Positions 50,943 to 63,500 of a stretch of DNA of 64,000 nt are shown here, one piece after another. The stretch's first letter is position 1. Each line of letters begins with the position of its first letter. Below the pieces are notes generated by a model. That model did no database searches. It had not been told where the DNA came from and saw only the letters and a list, made by a program, of their open reading frames with translations. Origin of the DNA: Nemertoderma westbladi (lineage: Eukaryota; Animalia; Xenacoelomorpha); NCBI GenBank assembly GCA_032718475.1, contig JAUCBJ010007482.1:1-64000 (forward strand). The letters are read 5' to 3'. Both the position numbers and the translations under genes were made by a program.

Positions 50943-52339
50943 TCCCGCAATTTTGTCTACAAGCCGGCACAGTATTCTTAATATACAGTACAGGCCACCA
51001 GAAAAAGCAGATTTCATCCAATGTGATCACATGTGAACACATTTGTTCAAGTCATCTGATTGGCAGGTTATGGCGAGTTATCTAGCTAACTTGCTGGGAC
51101 CGACAAAGGCTTAGTGTGCGGTGCGCCTGTATGTCTGATATCAGGTAGATGAGAGAGCCCACAGGGCGTAACATTGCAGACATGGGCTGTATTGGTAGAG
51201 AGAGAACTACATACAAGACCACATGGAGGTTCATGGAGTGTATGGGAGTGGATGGGTATATGGATGAACGAGCCTAGACATTGAATAATTAATTTAGTGC
51301 AGGGAGATGTCGCGCCATTAGTCTGACACCGAGAGGGCACAGAGAAACACCAGAAGATGGCTTAACATCACTAACTATAGGCCTGCCTACTAGACACTAT
51401 TAACCGCACACTATAAAGGTAAACAAAATCCTTATCGCATTTCCAGCTGCAGTGAGTGACAGTTTGCGGCAAACTACAGAGAGTTTCCAGATTACTAAGC
51501 GTTTCAAAAGTATTCAATTGTATCCTTTGGCGAAAAAATTTTGGTTGTTGCCAATTCAATTATGTTCAATTATGTTCAATTGTCCCGTTCAACAACATTA
51601 CATTACACTGGTACACATTTGATAAAATGTGTTCACAATTGTACAAATCTGCGTTTTCTGGTGGCCTGTACTGTATGTAATATATTTATTTATATATAAT
51701 GCAGCTGCAATGAAGCATACCGATCATAGTAGCAGTATCAACTCTAAACTCAATTAAGCCTACAGCGTGTTTTATCGGATCCCTAAAACCATATCCCATA
51801 GACTGCACTGGGCCAAAATTATAGGCAACAATTGTTTTCTCTCAGATTTGTATATAAGTTACACATATTGTTCCATTTTGCTAAACAAGTAATCATGACA
51901 AATTTTTGGAAAATTCATTGCCATCTTAAGGTAGCACAAGCACCTTAAACATTTCGCACCAAAGCGACACTGTGCGTGACAGCCTCATAAACTCAATTTT
52001 CGTGTTGACCAACTTGTACCCGTACATGTAGAATACTAATCTTAGGCTCATTTGAACCGCAATGATGGACTTAATAGGTGTATATTAGGGCGGTGCGTTT
52101 TTTATTTTTTTTAGATTTCATTGTTCTACAGTACAGGTGCACAAAAGTTGCCAAATGGTAAATAACTTATTTATTTATTATTTTTTATTTATTATTATTA
52201 TTTATTTATTATTATTTATTATTACTCCTTTATTATTAATTATCATCAGAACCACTTACTAAGCGCTTTCTTATTGGTGGAATATTCAAATATATTAATA
52301 GTCCAATCAGATAGCTTGAAATTAGGATGTTAGTAGTAG

Positions 52340-52650
52340 GGTCTTGGGCGGCTCGGTGACAGTTAGACCTCACTGACACCCATTGGGTGTCATATGACAC
52401 TCTATTATCACCCATAGGGTGTCATTGGGTGTCATTGGCGCCAGACTGTCTGGGTGACACCTCCCAATTAGACTAATTAGACCCTAATTGACAGGTGTCA
52501 TCAATTAATTTGTACAATTAAACCCTAATAGGTGTCTTACGACTCCTAATTAGGGTTTAATTGATTATCCTATTTAATCAGACTGATTAGCGCCCTGACA
52601 CACAATGGGTCATCAGTGGTGTCTAACTGTCACCTAGAGGACCAAGAGGG
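52340..52650. repeat. Fold-back/MITE-like palindrome rich in tgacacc/ggtgtca motifs
   Basis: ggtgacagttagac..cactga (~52355) is inverted at ~52611-52634. Inner hairpin aattaaaccctaa...ttagggtttaatt. Confidence 0.7.
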
Positions 52651-53529
52651 TGTCATAAGTGACACCGCGGCTCTTTTATTTATTAATACCTATTTATTTG
52701 TATTTAATTTTAATTTATTTATTTGTATTTTTTTAATTGTACTTTATTTTAGATTTACCAATAATTAGTTTTATATATTGGTTTCTATATGACCTCATTG
52801 ACTTTCATCTCGTTATACTTAGACATAGGGTATACAGCTCCCTTACTGGTAACTAATTACTCTTATCTATATCCAGACAGCTTTATCGTTGACCTTTGAC
52901 CCCCAATTAGCTTTAACCAAGCAACAGCTTATTAATAATAGTTGTATCCAAGCGCTCCGCCCCCCTCTCGTGACACCTCTGATTACTAATTACTCTTACA
53001 TATATCCAGCCGTCTGCAGTTCCATAGTCTGCCGTTAGAGGGCATATTATCTGTAAATTAACATCTTCTCTAACTTTGTTATTTTAATTTCGAATAGGTT
53101 TAAACTCGGTAGGCATCTACTACGGTATAGGCCATATCTTTGGCGGAGTCATAGAGTAGTCTGAAGTTCCACTGTCTGCCGCTAGAGGGCGTATTATTTG
53201 AAAATTAACATATTCTCTAGCTTTGTTATTTACAACCCGCAAAACTATGAAGTTATATTGCTTAAGAGTTCTAAGGGGCGAGCCATGAGGCAAGATGTTT
53301 GAGACTTATTTAGATATATTATTACTTAATTTTAACCCCCCAGTCGGTATCTATTACAATATGGGCTATATATTTTATATGTTTTACGGAGTCACAGAGT
53401 AGTCTGAAGTTCCTCAGTCTGCTACTAGAAGGCGAAATGTCTCAAAGTGAAAACCATATGGTAGCCATGAATTGGTTACTAGGCAATAATACTGCATTTT
53501 GAAACGTTAGGCCTATTGCTGACCGAACG

Positions 53530-53612
53530 AAAACTGCCCTGGTTCATGAAGGGATCGAACCCATGACATACGGGAGATGTGAATTCAACGCAACCATTAC
53601 ACCAAGGTGGAA
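53530..53612 (-). promoter_or_regulatory. tRNA-derived Pol III-like unit
   Basis: Minus strand A box TGGTGTAATGG (53604-53594), B box GGTTCGATCCC (53561-53551), TTTT at 53533-53530. No clean cloverleaf. Confidence 0.55.
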
Positions 53613-53665
53613 CAGTAACCTTCGTTCGTTGACATTCGGATTTGTAAGACTCTCATTTAAGACCT

Positions 53666-54190
53666 TGTAAAAGCGTCTGTGGGATATAACTGGCCCTTTT
53701 GCTTCGCAATCCAGTTTCCCCCCTAGGCGCTGGAATACTCTAAAAGACTCTCTAACTATATATAATTTCCCCTCGCCCGCAAGGTACCGTTATAGGTGTT
53801 TTAACGGACATAAAAGTCATTCTGCTATATACGTGTTTTGGCGGACATGGTAAGGCAAAAAACCTGCAATGCACCAAATACCTTTACACAGCTTAGCCTT
53901 GATGATTCATATTACGACATCTAACAGCTGGTTGCTGACATGGGAACAGCCATTGGACACATGGTTCTTTGTTTAGCTTAAGCCAATCAGAGCGATTTTT
54001 TCTGTCGATGTGGAGGTATTCGGCCGATCATACTGGGAGTGTTCAGTCTTACTGTTTTTTTTCTTGATACTTTGTGTTGTTGCTATCTAGGCCAGGAACA
54101 CCGGCTCTAGAGTCAATTCGTTTTCATACTTTAGAAGAAACATTAGTAGGCTTAAATTATAGAGCGTATAACTGTTATCTTGTCACAACA
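53666..54190 (+). repeat. 5' LTR of BEL copy 2
   Basis: TGTAAAAG...CACAACA. Shares gttttaacggacataaaa, ccaatcagagcg, aaacattagtaggctt and cgtataactgttatct with the copy 1 LTR. Confidence 0.75.
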
Positions 54191-55329
54191 TATCATTCAT
54201 ATCATATCTTAACCTACCGTCTTAATGCTTTTACTGTTGTCATATTTTGTATTAGTTGGTCGAATATTATTTGGAGAACATATATAAAGAACCCAAATTT
54301 CCCAATTTTCTTGATACACTACAGGTTAGAGAGACGGGTTATATATAGCGATTGCGACTTATATTGTTGTGGTTTGTAGTGAATTTAATGCTATTTGGTA
54401 AGCACTACATGATTCATTGCTGTTCTCTTTATATATGATAAAATTCATTGACGGTCGGCAAATTAGTGAGCAGTATTGTGTGTTACCGGTAGTGTGCATG
54501 ATTGTGACTGATAACTAAGCATTTCCTAAAGAATGCGCCTCATACGTGAATCATAAGCCTTACCGACTTACCGTTGTGATTAGTATAAGTCATATCTCTG
54601 TTTACCTAGATAGAGCGCCACGTCCTAAAGGAACTGTTAATATTTCCCGAAAGTAAATAATATTAGTCAGAAATTAATTATTAACGATCAATCGAATAAT
54701 ACAATCCAGTAAGCTTACACTACAATAATAATCTAAGCCCTCAGAATCCAGTCTCCCGGGTATATCCAGCGGGTGAATGGACGCGCACTAGGCTGGCTTC
54801 TGCTAATGTTGTGTTTATTGGTATTAAATATTTGTCATCTTCTAAAGTCTATTTATAAACCAAAAGACATATAAATTTTGGCAGGTTAAACTGCTAAAGG
54901 TCTTCAAAAGCGCGTACAATAACAGTTATTGACTTTATTGCAGTAAGCAATAAAGTTGAAAGTACCGGTCGACCGGTAAACCTGAACCGGTACTTCTGTA
55001 GGTCAGTAGGCCCAACTGCCAGAACCGGTACTGCTGTAGGTCCGTAGGTCCAACTGCCAGAACCGGTACTTCTGTAGGCCTGTAGGCCCAACTGTCCTAA
55101 CCGGTACTTCCAGTATAAGTACATTAGTATTATTCGATTTTGATTATTGTATACCGGTAGGTCTCGATATTAAATCGGGGACGCCTGGTTTTTATTGGGA
55201 TTTTACTTAGGTCTATTTCTGTTAGTTTTATTTCCTAGTAAGTTAATATTGAGCTGAAGACGTGTAAGTCTGCTCAGATTGTTCAGATAATTGTAGGCCG
55301 GACTGTTGTCGGATTGTTGTTGGGTTTGG

Positions 55330-55810
55330 AGAGATTACTGCGTGTGTAGAGTTTGTCCGATAGAGTGCCAGTTAGTAAGTTGGGGCAGCCATAGCTGTAA
55401 GGTCAATCCTCTCTTAAAGAATAAGTCGTACTACCGTGTTAGAACGCATACTAACTAACCATTTTGGAATCTGCACATACTGTAGTTTATTTAGGCTTGA
55501 CAGTATTCTGCCAGCGCTTTGGCCTGTGTTTGTTTGTGTGGTCTGTTCAGGTACCGTAATAGTTATTACTCAGATACTTTGTAGGCTGGATTGTTGTCTA
55601 GCTATTATTAGGTCTGAAGAGATTGCTGCGTGTGTAGAGTTTGTCTGATAAAGTGCCAGTTAGTAAGTTGGGGCAGCCATAGCTGTAAGGTCAATCCCCT
55701 CTTAAAGAATAAGTCGTACTACCGTGTTAGAACGCATACTAACTAACGATTTCGGAATCTGCACATACTGTAGTTTATTTAGGCTTGGTGGTAGTCTGCC
55801 AGCGTTTGGT
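55330..55810 (+). repeat. ~190-bp direct duplication in the BEL copy 2 leader (single copy in copy 1)
   Basis: gagatt.ctgcgtgtgtagagtttgtc...catactgtagtttatttaggctt at ~55330 and ~55619. Confidence 0.85.
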
Positions 55811-57151
55811 TTATATTTGTTTGAGTATTCTGTACGGGTAGCGTAATATTTATTATTCAGAGTTTATGCGATTATTCGCAAAATTCATGTCCCCAAGTTT
55901 ATTCCTACAGTAATTGTGTTTGTTACACATACCGTTATAGTTAAATTAACCCCGGTACTACACGGGCTGCTTGGCGTAGGACAAGACTGGTGATTTTGTG
56001 CACCGGTCACTCCAGCAGATGCCGTGGTTCTTTTAACTGTTCAAGTATATTTAACTACTGATTATTTGTTGTACCAGTACTTGTACCTAATTTAGGGTTT
56101 AGTGTACAGTGCTTTCCGAGGTAATTAGTGTGTAGGCAGTATATTTGTGTTGTAAAGTGGTTAATAGGCACGCTGGATCTGGTAGTCCGCGGTAATTAAC
56201 TTCTAGGTAGGAACACTCCGTGATACATAACGTAGTACCTATAGCGATACGGTTATAGGTCGTCAGGCGGTGGTATTTTCCTATCTGGACAGTGCAATAT
56301 ATTTACTACTACTTATTATTTCAAATACCGTAGTACCCTGTCCGTTGTAATAACCAGAATTCTAACCCTTTGTTAGGCTGGTTTGTAGACTTCCTGTAAA
56401 ATTACCCTAAAATTTCGTACATAATATTTTTGTTGTGTTTAATTAGAGATTTAATCTCACCCGTATCGTAAGTAATTTGTAGTATTAAGTAACTTAGGTA
56501 AATTAGAATAATCTGTTTTAGTGTCCCATAAGTAGCACTCCACTGAGAGCGTACAGCTTCTGTGTAGTGACTCCCCCAGAAATAATAACATTTATTTCAA
56601 ATATTGACAAAACCCCTTTTAAACGGGTATATATCTATTATAAATCAACTCAAACGATTTATAAATAGTAGGCCTGCCATACAACAACTAGGTCTCAATA
56701 TCAGTTGGACTACTGCTTAAATAACGGTAATAAAGTAAGTTAAAGTAACCAAGTAACCCTAAAATATTCAGAAATTCAATTATTCTAAAATAATTGACAT
56801 ACCGGTATTTACCATAGGCTTATTATATTTATTTCTATAAATTTGAGCTACAATCATACCGGTATTCTGTAATTAATTCTAGTTCATAATTATACTTATA
56901 TATACTATAAGTGTAAGCTGTATACCGGTATTCACGATAGGCCTATTATATATTTATATATATTTGTGCTAAATTTATATACCGGTACTCTGTGACAAAA
57001 CTAGTTTACAATACTTATATATATTATAAGTACATACCGGTATTCTAATATACTGCAATAAATTACCGGTACTAGGCCAACAGTCATACTGAATTACTAG
57101 ACTTGCTTTAACTGTAACTATAGCAGTAAGCATTCAACTGTATAGCTAAAC

Positions 57152-60100
57152 ATGTCTGACACTCAGCAAAACCTGTCAGACAGTCTAATCGATACAACCA
57201 TCTGTGACGCAGATAGGAGTGTGGAGCGATTAAGAAAGGAGTTCAGCTCACCTCCTACTGAAAGAAAGGTCATCCCTCCAGTAGAAGTATCAGACCCTAA
57301 GCTAATCCAACACCGTAGGTCTATCATCGGCACTCGGGCCCAAGTCAAACGGAACCAGGAAGCAGCTGTCCCACAGCAGCAACAGCCTAGTCAAGAAACT
57401 TGTTCCCAGCGATCCGATAGCTCCAGTAATTCGGATACTGTCGAGCTGACCCCCGAACGCGGATTGCAGATGGCAGCTAATGCCTATTCGGACCCCCTTC
57501 TCACCCTTCCTGCCGCAGTGCTAACTACTATATTGATTGCGGTGGAGGAACATCAAGCCGATTGGGTGAGAAATAAGCGAGCAACCCAAGATAATTATGC
57601 GGGATACGCCAGGGAAGAATTGATGTCTATTGTCGAGTCACAATGGAACTTTCCCGGACCCGGACTCCCGTTAGATCTGTCCGAGGCTACTTGGGAAGAT
57701 ATACACAGGATGGGAGTGGCTAAAGATACGATGGATCCAGCTGTTTGGAAGAGGTCGGCAGCAGGATATGTGCAGGGATTCTTCGGCTCCTTAGAGCGAT
57801 TAGAAGAACAACTGTTTCGACAACCCCAAGGACCTCAAGAGCAGGAAGAACTGCTATATCAAGTACGCGAAAGAACCCTACGCATTCGACTAATCCTATC
57901 AGCTTTTGAGGAAACTTCCAAAAGAAGACAGGACACGTCGCTGCAGGTTGCTGTCAAAACTTGGTTCCAGCGGGTAGGTCTCAAAGTACAAGAAACGGAC
58001 CAGTGGAAATCCCAGCTGTCTGAGAGACTAACCTATGAAGAACCAACCGAGGCCACCCTTTCTCAAGTGGAAGGCGAAGAGACCGCAGAGAGACCACGAA
58101 CGCGAGACGCCATAGACATATATCTGTCCGACTATCAGCGATTCCTAGGAGACGAAGAGTTGAGGAGACGGCTGTCTGGACTTTCCCCTAATAGTGAAGG
58201 AACCCAGCGTGTGTTAGACTCAATCGATGCTGAAATGTTAGCTGCTAACCAAGCTGAATTTGATGAAAAACTCCGCCTCGCTAGAGTCCAAGAAGAACAA
58301 GTAAAGAAAAAACGGATAGAGGACAAAAGGGCAGTAGCAGCGGCGAAAGCGGCAGCGTCAGTGGAAGAGGCAATAGCGGCAGCGGAAGTGGAAGCGGCAA
58401 AGGCAGTAGCAGCGGCAAAGGCAGCAGCAGCAGTGGAAGAGGCAGAAGCAAATGCTGCAGCGACAGTGGAAGCAGCCAAAGCAGCAGCAGCAATAGCATT
58501 GGCAGACACAGAACAGAGAGCGTCTGAAGAGACTACCCAACTGGAGTTGGAGAATCTGCAAGAGACGCAAGACAACATAAATAAACAGTTAACTGCTAGT
58601 CACATGCAGATGATGAGAAGATCTACTCCCAAACGCCAGGGATATACGTCATCGGAGGAAAGCGAAACCACCGATCCTGAAGGCGGAGGAAATAGATCTC
58701 GTCTAAGCAGGCGTAGAAAAACATCTTACCGTCACAAATTGCCTGATTTGCCCCCAGCTGTGAGAAGACAACTAGCTAGCACAGACTTAAGTAGAATAGA
58801 ACCTACAGACCAAATTATTAAGGTCAAAAAACTCCCTACTATAGTTGATGAGCCTGAAATAATTAGGCCTGTCGTTCCCAAAGTCACTCCTGTGCTAGAG
58901 ACCTCTGTACTTCCAGAGCTTAACTCTAAGTTCCCTTTACACAGTACTACACTGCCTGTACCCGGTAGAACAGCCCATGAGAATATCCCTGTCCTGGAAG
59001 CTGAGAGAGAAATCAAAGATTTGTCTCCCGTCGTCCCACGTCAGCCCGCTACAATGTTGGCGACTCCCGCTTCGGCGGTCGAGTGGGTAGAGGAGGGACG
59101 GCGGGGGATGAATCTCCTGCTCGGACAGATGCAGGAGACTGTCCACCAACTTAAGGGAACAGTAAGGGAAGGTAGGGCCGAATTGCAAGAAGTGCAGCAA
59201 AGTATCGCGCTAGAACGCGACAAATTAGTCAATATCCAAAAAGGGATACCAATACCCCCTGTAAAATTGTGTCAACCTGTTAGGTCTGAAGTATTACATG
59301 CGCAAGGTGTGGAGCCTACACGCATCTATACTGCTAGTGAAGTAGAAACTCCTATAGCAAACCCTATTAAGGGTGATTATAGACCTGTTGTTAATGATAT
59401 TCCTTATAGACCTGATAATGATCCGAGAAATTTATATACCGATAATTCGATATTAAATAACACGATGGCCCAAGAAAGCTTTACGCGTCAGATGGCTAGA
59501 ACAGAAGCCCGCCAAGCGGTCAAAGTGGGAGAGATCGTCAAATTCAATGGAGATGAGATGAAATGGTTACCTTTCAACGAATATTACAAAGACAGCATAC
59601 AGAACTCTGTGCTATCTAACGGAGAGAAACTTAGGTTCCTCATCAAGTGCTTGGAAGGACCTCCCAAGTTAATGGCGTTAAAGTTTATTGGACATCCAGA
59701 AGGATTAAGACAAGTATGGGATACATTAAACATCAGGTATGGTAACAAAGATAACATAGCTAAGTATTTGTATGCAAAATTAGTAGCCCCCCGACACTTC
59801 CTTAGTAGCGGGATTATAGAGTTTTCCGATGAGATTCAAGAGATCTGTAGACAATTGGACTGGTTAGGTAAGTCGCATGAATATCAGAGTTCCATGGTTA
59901 TTGGAGCCGTAGTCTCTACTTTACCAAAGGGTGGAGTATGTACACGCTGGGACAAACGACGAAGTCCTACCATGGCTGATCTCATGTCCTTCTTAGATGG
60001 TGAAGTAAAACTACAACTCATCAAGCAGTCCAGAGAGAAAACATCGGAAAATAAGGTAAGTGAGAAACCCTCTTCTAGGAGAAGAGTAACACCAGTGTGT

Positions 60101-60556
60101 TACACTGACGACGGCGAAAGCCAAGCTTCTCAAGAAGAGGACAGCGGGAAAGACACAGATCGATCTTACTATGTTGACAAAACCTCAAAAGACGTAAGTA
60201 AATACAAGGCTCGAAACAACGATAGGAGAGAACAGGCTGCCAAGACCCCTCCTCAGTCTCCTAACAGAATGCACCGAAGAAAACCCGAAGAAAAAACGAG
60301 AGTGCATCAAGTTACCCAAGGTAAAGTGAGTAACATAAAACCTAACTGTGCGCTGTGCGACGGGACCCACCGTTTGAGTGCGTGTGCTGAATTTCTAAAG
60401 AAATCCCTTGTAGACAGACGTGCAGTCGTATGGGATAAGCGGTTATGCTATAATTGCCTCAGACCAGGACACCAACGGCGAACCTGTTACTCCGACATAA
60501 AGTGTGCAAAGTGTGGCGCGAAACATCACATCTTGTTATACAGTGAGTTCGAATGA
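57152..60556 (+). CDS. gag: BEL/Pao Gag (1134 aa) with long N-terminal extension
   Basis: Intact ORF. BEL Gag core KFNGDEMKWLPF..EKLRFL and three knuckles CALCDGTH, CYNCLRPGH..C, CAKCGAKHH. Confidence 0.92.
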   Translation: MSDTQQNLSDSLIDTTICDADRSVERLRKEFSSPPTERKVIPPVEVSDPKLIQHRRSIIGTRAQVKRNQEAAVPQQQQPSQETCSQRSDSSSNSDTVELTPERGLQMAANAYSDPLLTLPAAVLTTILIAVEEHQADWVRNKRATQDNYAGYAREELMSIVESQWNFPGPGLPLDLSEATWEDIHRMGVAKDTMDPAVWKRSAAGYVQGFFGSLERLEEQLFRQPQGPQEQEELLYQVRERTLRIRLILSAFEETSKRRQDTSLQVAVKTWFQRVGLKVQETDQWKSQLSERLTYEEPTEATLSQVEGEETAERPRTRDAIDIYLSDYQRFLGDEELRRRLSGLSPNSEGTQRVLDSIDAEMLAANQAEFDEKLRLARVQEEQVKKKRIEDKRAVAAAKAAASVEEAIAAAEVEAAKAVAAAKAAAAVEEAEANAAATVEAAKAAAAIALADTEQRASEETTQLELENLQETQDNINKQLTASHMQMMRRSTPKRQGYTSSEESETTDPEGGGNRSRLSRRRKTSYRHKLPDLPPAVRRQLASTDLSRIEPTDQIIKVKKLPTIVDEPEIIRPVVPKVTPVLETSVLPELNSKFPLHSTTLPVPGRTAHENIPVLEAEREIKDLSPVVPRQPATMLATPASAVEWVEEGRRGMNLLLGQMQETVHQLKGTVREGRAELQEVQQSIALERDKLVNIQKGIPIPPVKLCQPVRSEVLHAQGVEPTRIYTASEVETPIANPIKGDYRPVVNDIPYRPDNDPRNLYTDNSILNNTMAQESFTRQMARTEARQAVKVGEIVKFNGDEMKWLPFNEYYKDSIQNSVLSNGEKLRFLIKCLEGPPKLMALKFIGHPEGLRQVWDTLNIRYGNKDNIAKYLYAKLVAPRHFLSSGIIEFSDEIQEICRQLDWLGKSHEYQSSMVIGAVVSTLPKGGVCTRWDKRRSPTMADLMSFLDGEVKLQLIKQSREKTSENKVSEKPSSRRRVTPVCYTDDGESQASQEEDSGKDTDRSYYVDKTSKDVSKYKARNNDRREQAAKTPPQSPNRMHRRKPEEKTRVHQVTQGKVSNIKPNCALCDGTHRLSACAEFLKKSLVDRRAVVWDKRLCYNCLRPGHQRRTCYSDIKCAKCGAKHHILLYSEFE

Positions 60557-63500
60557 GACAAACTGAGTCAGGTAAGTGAGCCCGAACTACATGTCCAATT
60601 CAGTGATGTAAACGACACTGATCAAGAATCTGAGATGGAAGGATTCTATACTGACGAATTCTCCGACGCCAACGAATCCTGTTATCTAATCAATACCGCA
60701 GTGTATCGAGCACTTACTTATGAAAAGGACACCAACAATGAGTTTCCCCCAACTACTTTTGCCAAACAACCATCTTGGAAAGCTCCAACTTCCAACGTAG
60801 GAATCAGAGAATTTCCTGTAGTGCAGGTAAGAGTTCACGGTCCTAACCACAGTTACATAGTGAACGCACTCCTTGACTCCGGCAGCACAGGAACATTCAT
60901 CGATCAAGAATTAGCCGAAGATATCTTTGCTGGACAACCCAAATTCCGGACTAAATTGAATATGTCAGGAATTATGCAGGTTTGGAAATCTGCCTTAACG
61001 GCAGATTACTATGTAGGTGTGTTGTCCACCCCCCAGGATAAGTTAGGAGCACAAGGTATAAGGTCGGTAAAAATGGTGGCTATAAAGAACTTCGCTACTA
61101 CTCAAGCAGACCTTTATAATTGGGACGAGGATGAGAGTATCCAACATCTTAAGATACCTCGATTCCAGACAGACTATCCTGGAGTGCAAATACTCATCGG
61201 CCAAAACGCGCATGAGGCGCTCAAAACATTGGAGAAACGGCCTGCTCAACCACAGCCACTGCAAACCTATGCGGTAAGAACTAGAGTAGGTTGGTACTTT
61301 ACTGGCCCTTCCCGCAGGACTCTCGAAGGGAGAATGCCACAAGAACAAATATACCAAGTAAACGATTGGGAAGTGGAGAGCAGTGAAGTGGACGAACTAA
61401 CTGAGGGAACACCATACTTCTCAGATAATGACGACATCTACCAACTCTTCGATGAAGAGAACACAATCGACCTACTTACAGAAAACCAAACTTGGAAAAA
61501 TCAGGTGAACCTATGTCAACTGATTCGCCCATCGGAACCCATCGCTTACAATGACGAACTAAACGATGAGATAGAGCGCTACAACGCTAGAACTCGGGAC
61601 GAACTAGCCGTACGATTCTTTACTCAGGAACTGGTAGAGCCCAATTCATATGATAAGGCTCTATCGATAGAAGAAGAAAGAGCCAAGCAAATCCAGGAAA
61701 CAACTACACGTTTTTTAAAGGATCAAGGTAGATATGAAATCGGCCTACCATTTCGAAAACGAGAACCTAGATTTATAAATAACAGACCCTTGGCAGAGAA
61801 AAGAATTGCTCAATTACATCGACGCCTTACAGCTAATGCTTCAGCGAAAGAAATGTACCAAACTCAGCTGAAGAAATTTATAACAAAGGGATATGCGGAG
61901 CGAGTACCGGAAGGAACACCAGTGACTGAGAGAACGTATTACTTAACACATCATTACGTTCCCAAACCCGGTAAACCACACGAAGTACGAGTCGTATTCG
62001 ATGGCTCCGCCCTATATATGGGCCAATCCCTCAATTCCGAGTTGTTACCAGGACCCAACTTACTCCAATCTTTGTTGGGAATACTTTTAAGATTAAGACA
62101 ATATTCCATCGCGTTCGCCTCAGACATAGAGGGAATGTTCTTACAAGTCAAGGCGCTGGATAGAGATAGAGACAGTCTGAGATTTCTGTGGTGGCCTGAA
62201 GGAGACCTCAATCAGAAACCGGTAGAGTACTGGATGACCATCCAGGCTTTTGGAATCATATCAAGCCCTTCCAACGCCTGCTCCGTGGTGCGTACCACTG
62301 CGAATGACAACCGAGACTCCTTCTCCAAAGAAGTGATAGACAACATAAAACTCAATATATACATGGACGACAATTTAAGGTCCCTTCCATCAGTAGAAGA
62401 AGCCATAGCTGTCGCGAAAGGAACGGTAGAGTGTTTGAAAAGAGGTGGATTTCGACTGACGAAATTCACTAGCAACTCCCGTGAGTTTCTGGAAGCCATA
62501 CCAGTAGAAGACCGAGGAACGAAAGACCTAGACTTAATAAAGGACGATCTTCCTGAAACCAAGACACTAGGCTTGAAGTGGGACACTGAAAGAGACATCC
62601 TGTTTTTTCAGTTAAAACAGCGAGATAATCCAGTTCGGACCAAACGGATTTGTTTAAGCATCCTGAGCACTTATTTCGACCCATTGGGATTTATTAGCCC
62701 AGTTATATTGATTGCTCGGAGTTTAGTACAACAAATGTGGCTTGAAAACCACTCATGGGACGATCCGCTTAAGGGAGAATTGTTAAAGAAATGGATGAAA
62801 TGGGAAGATTCTCTACCTGCCATCGAGAACTTTATAATTTCCCGTGCATATTTTGGCCATGTTCTTCCTACGTATTCTTATCAACTCCATGTGTTTGGAG
62901 ACGCAAGCGACATGGGAATAGGTATAGTAGCATATCTGCGAGTCGAAACCCTGGATGGAATCAAAGTCGCCTTGGTTACCTCTAAGGCATTGATTAACAA
63001 CAAGTTAAAGGTTCCTCGAGCGGAGTTAAAGGCGGCTTTATACGCTACAGCCATCAGCCGGAACGTAACGGAACAAATCGACTATCCACTGGAGAAAACG
63101 GTTTATTGGACCGACGCTTTACTCGTGTTAGAGTATCTAACCAATGAAGTCTGTCAGTTCAGCGTTTTTGTTACTAACAGAGTAGCTATTATTCTTAGTC
63201 GCACAAAGATAGATCAATGGAGACATTGCCCTGGTACGATTAATCCAGCCGATATCGCCTCCAGGGGAGCAACTCCACAAGAACTGATAGATACTCCAGA
63301 TTGGTTTGGTGGACCCGACTTCCTGAGCAAGGAAGAGGATGAATGGCCTCCTCACCTTACTACGGCAGAGATTAGACAAGCCAAGGGAGCGGAGACAGTC
63401 AAACCTAAAACCCGGGCGAGTAAATCGAAGTTATTTAAACCGACTATCGATCTATCTGTATTACATACTTCCGGGAATGATGCTTCGGATCCACAATCCC

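Noticed and set aside
50525-51085. ORFs with GQLRP/GSQLS or NCDP pentapeptide repeats
   Set aside because: They are translations of a 15-bp MITE-like DNA repeat that reads on both strands. The same applies to the GRFG/GRNV ORFs at 26263 and 28137.
53020-53435. CTCF-like motifs (gccgctagagggcg) in a diverged three-fold repeat
   Set aside because: Only one good match, and short motif similarity alone cannot support a regulatory call.
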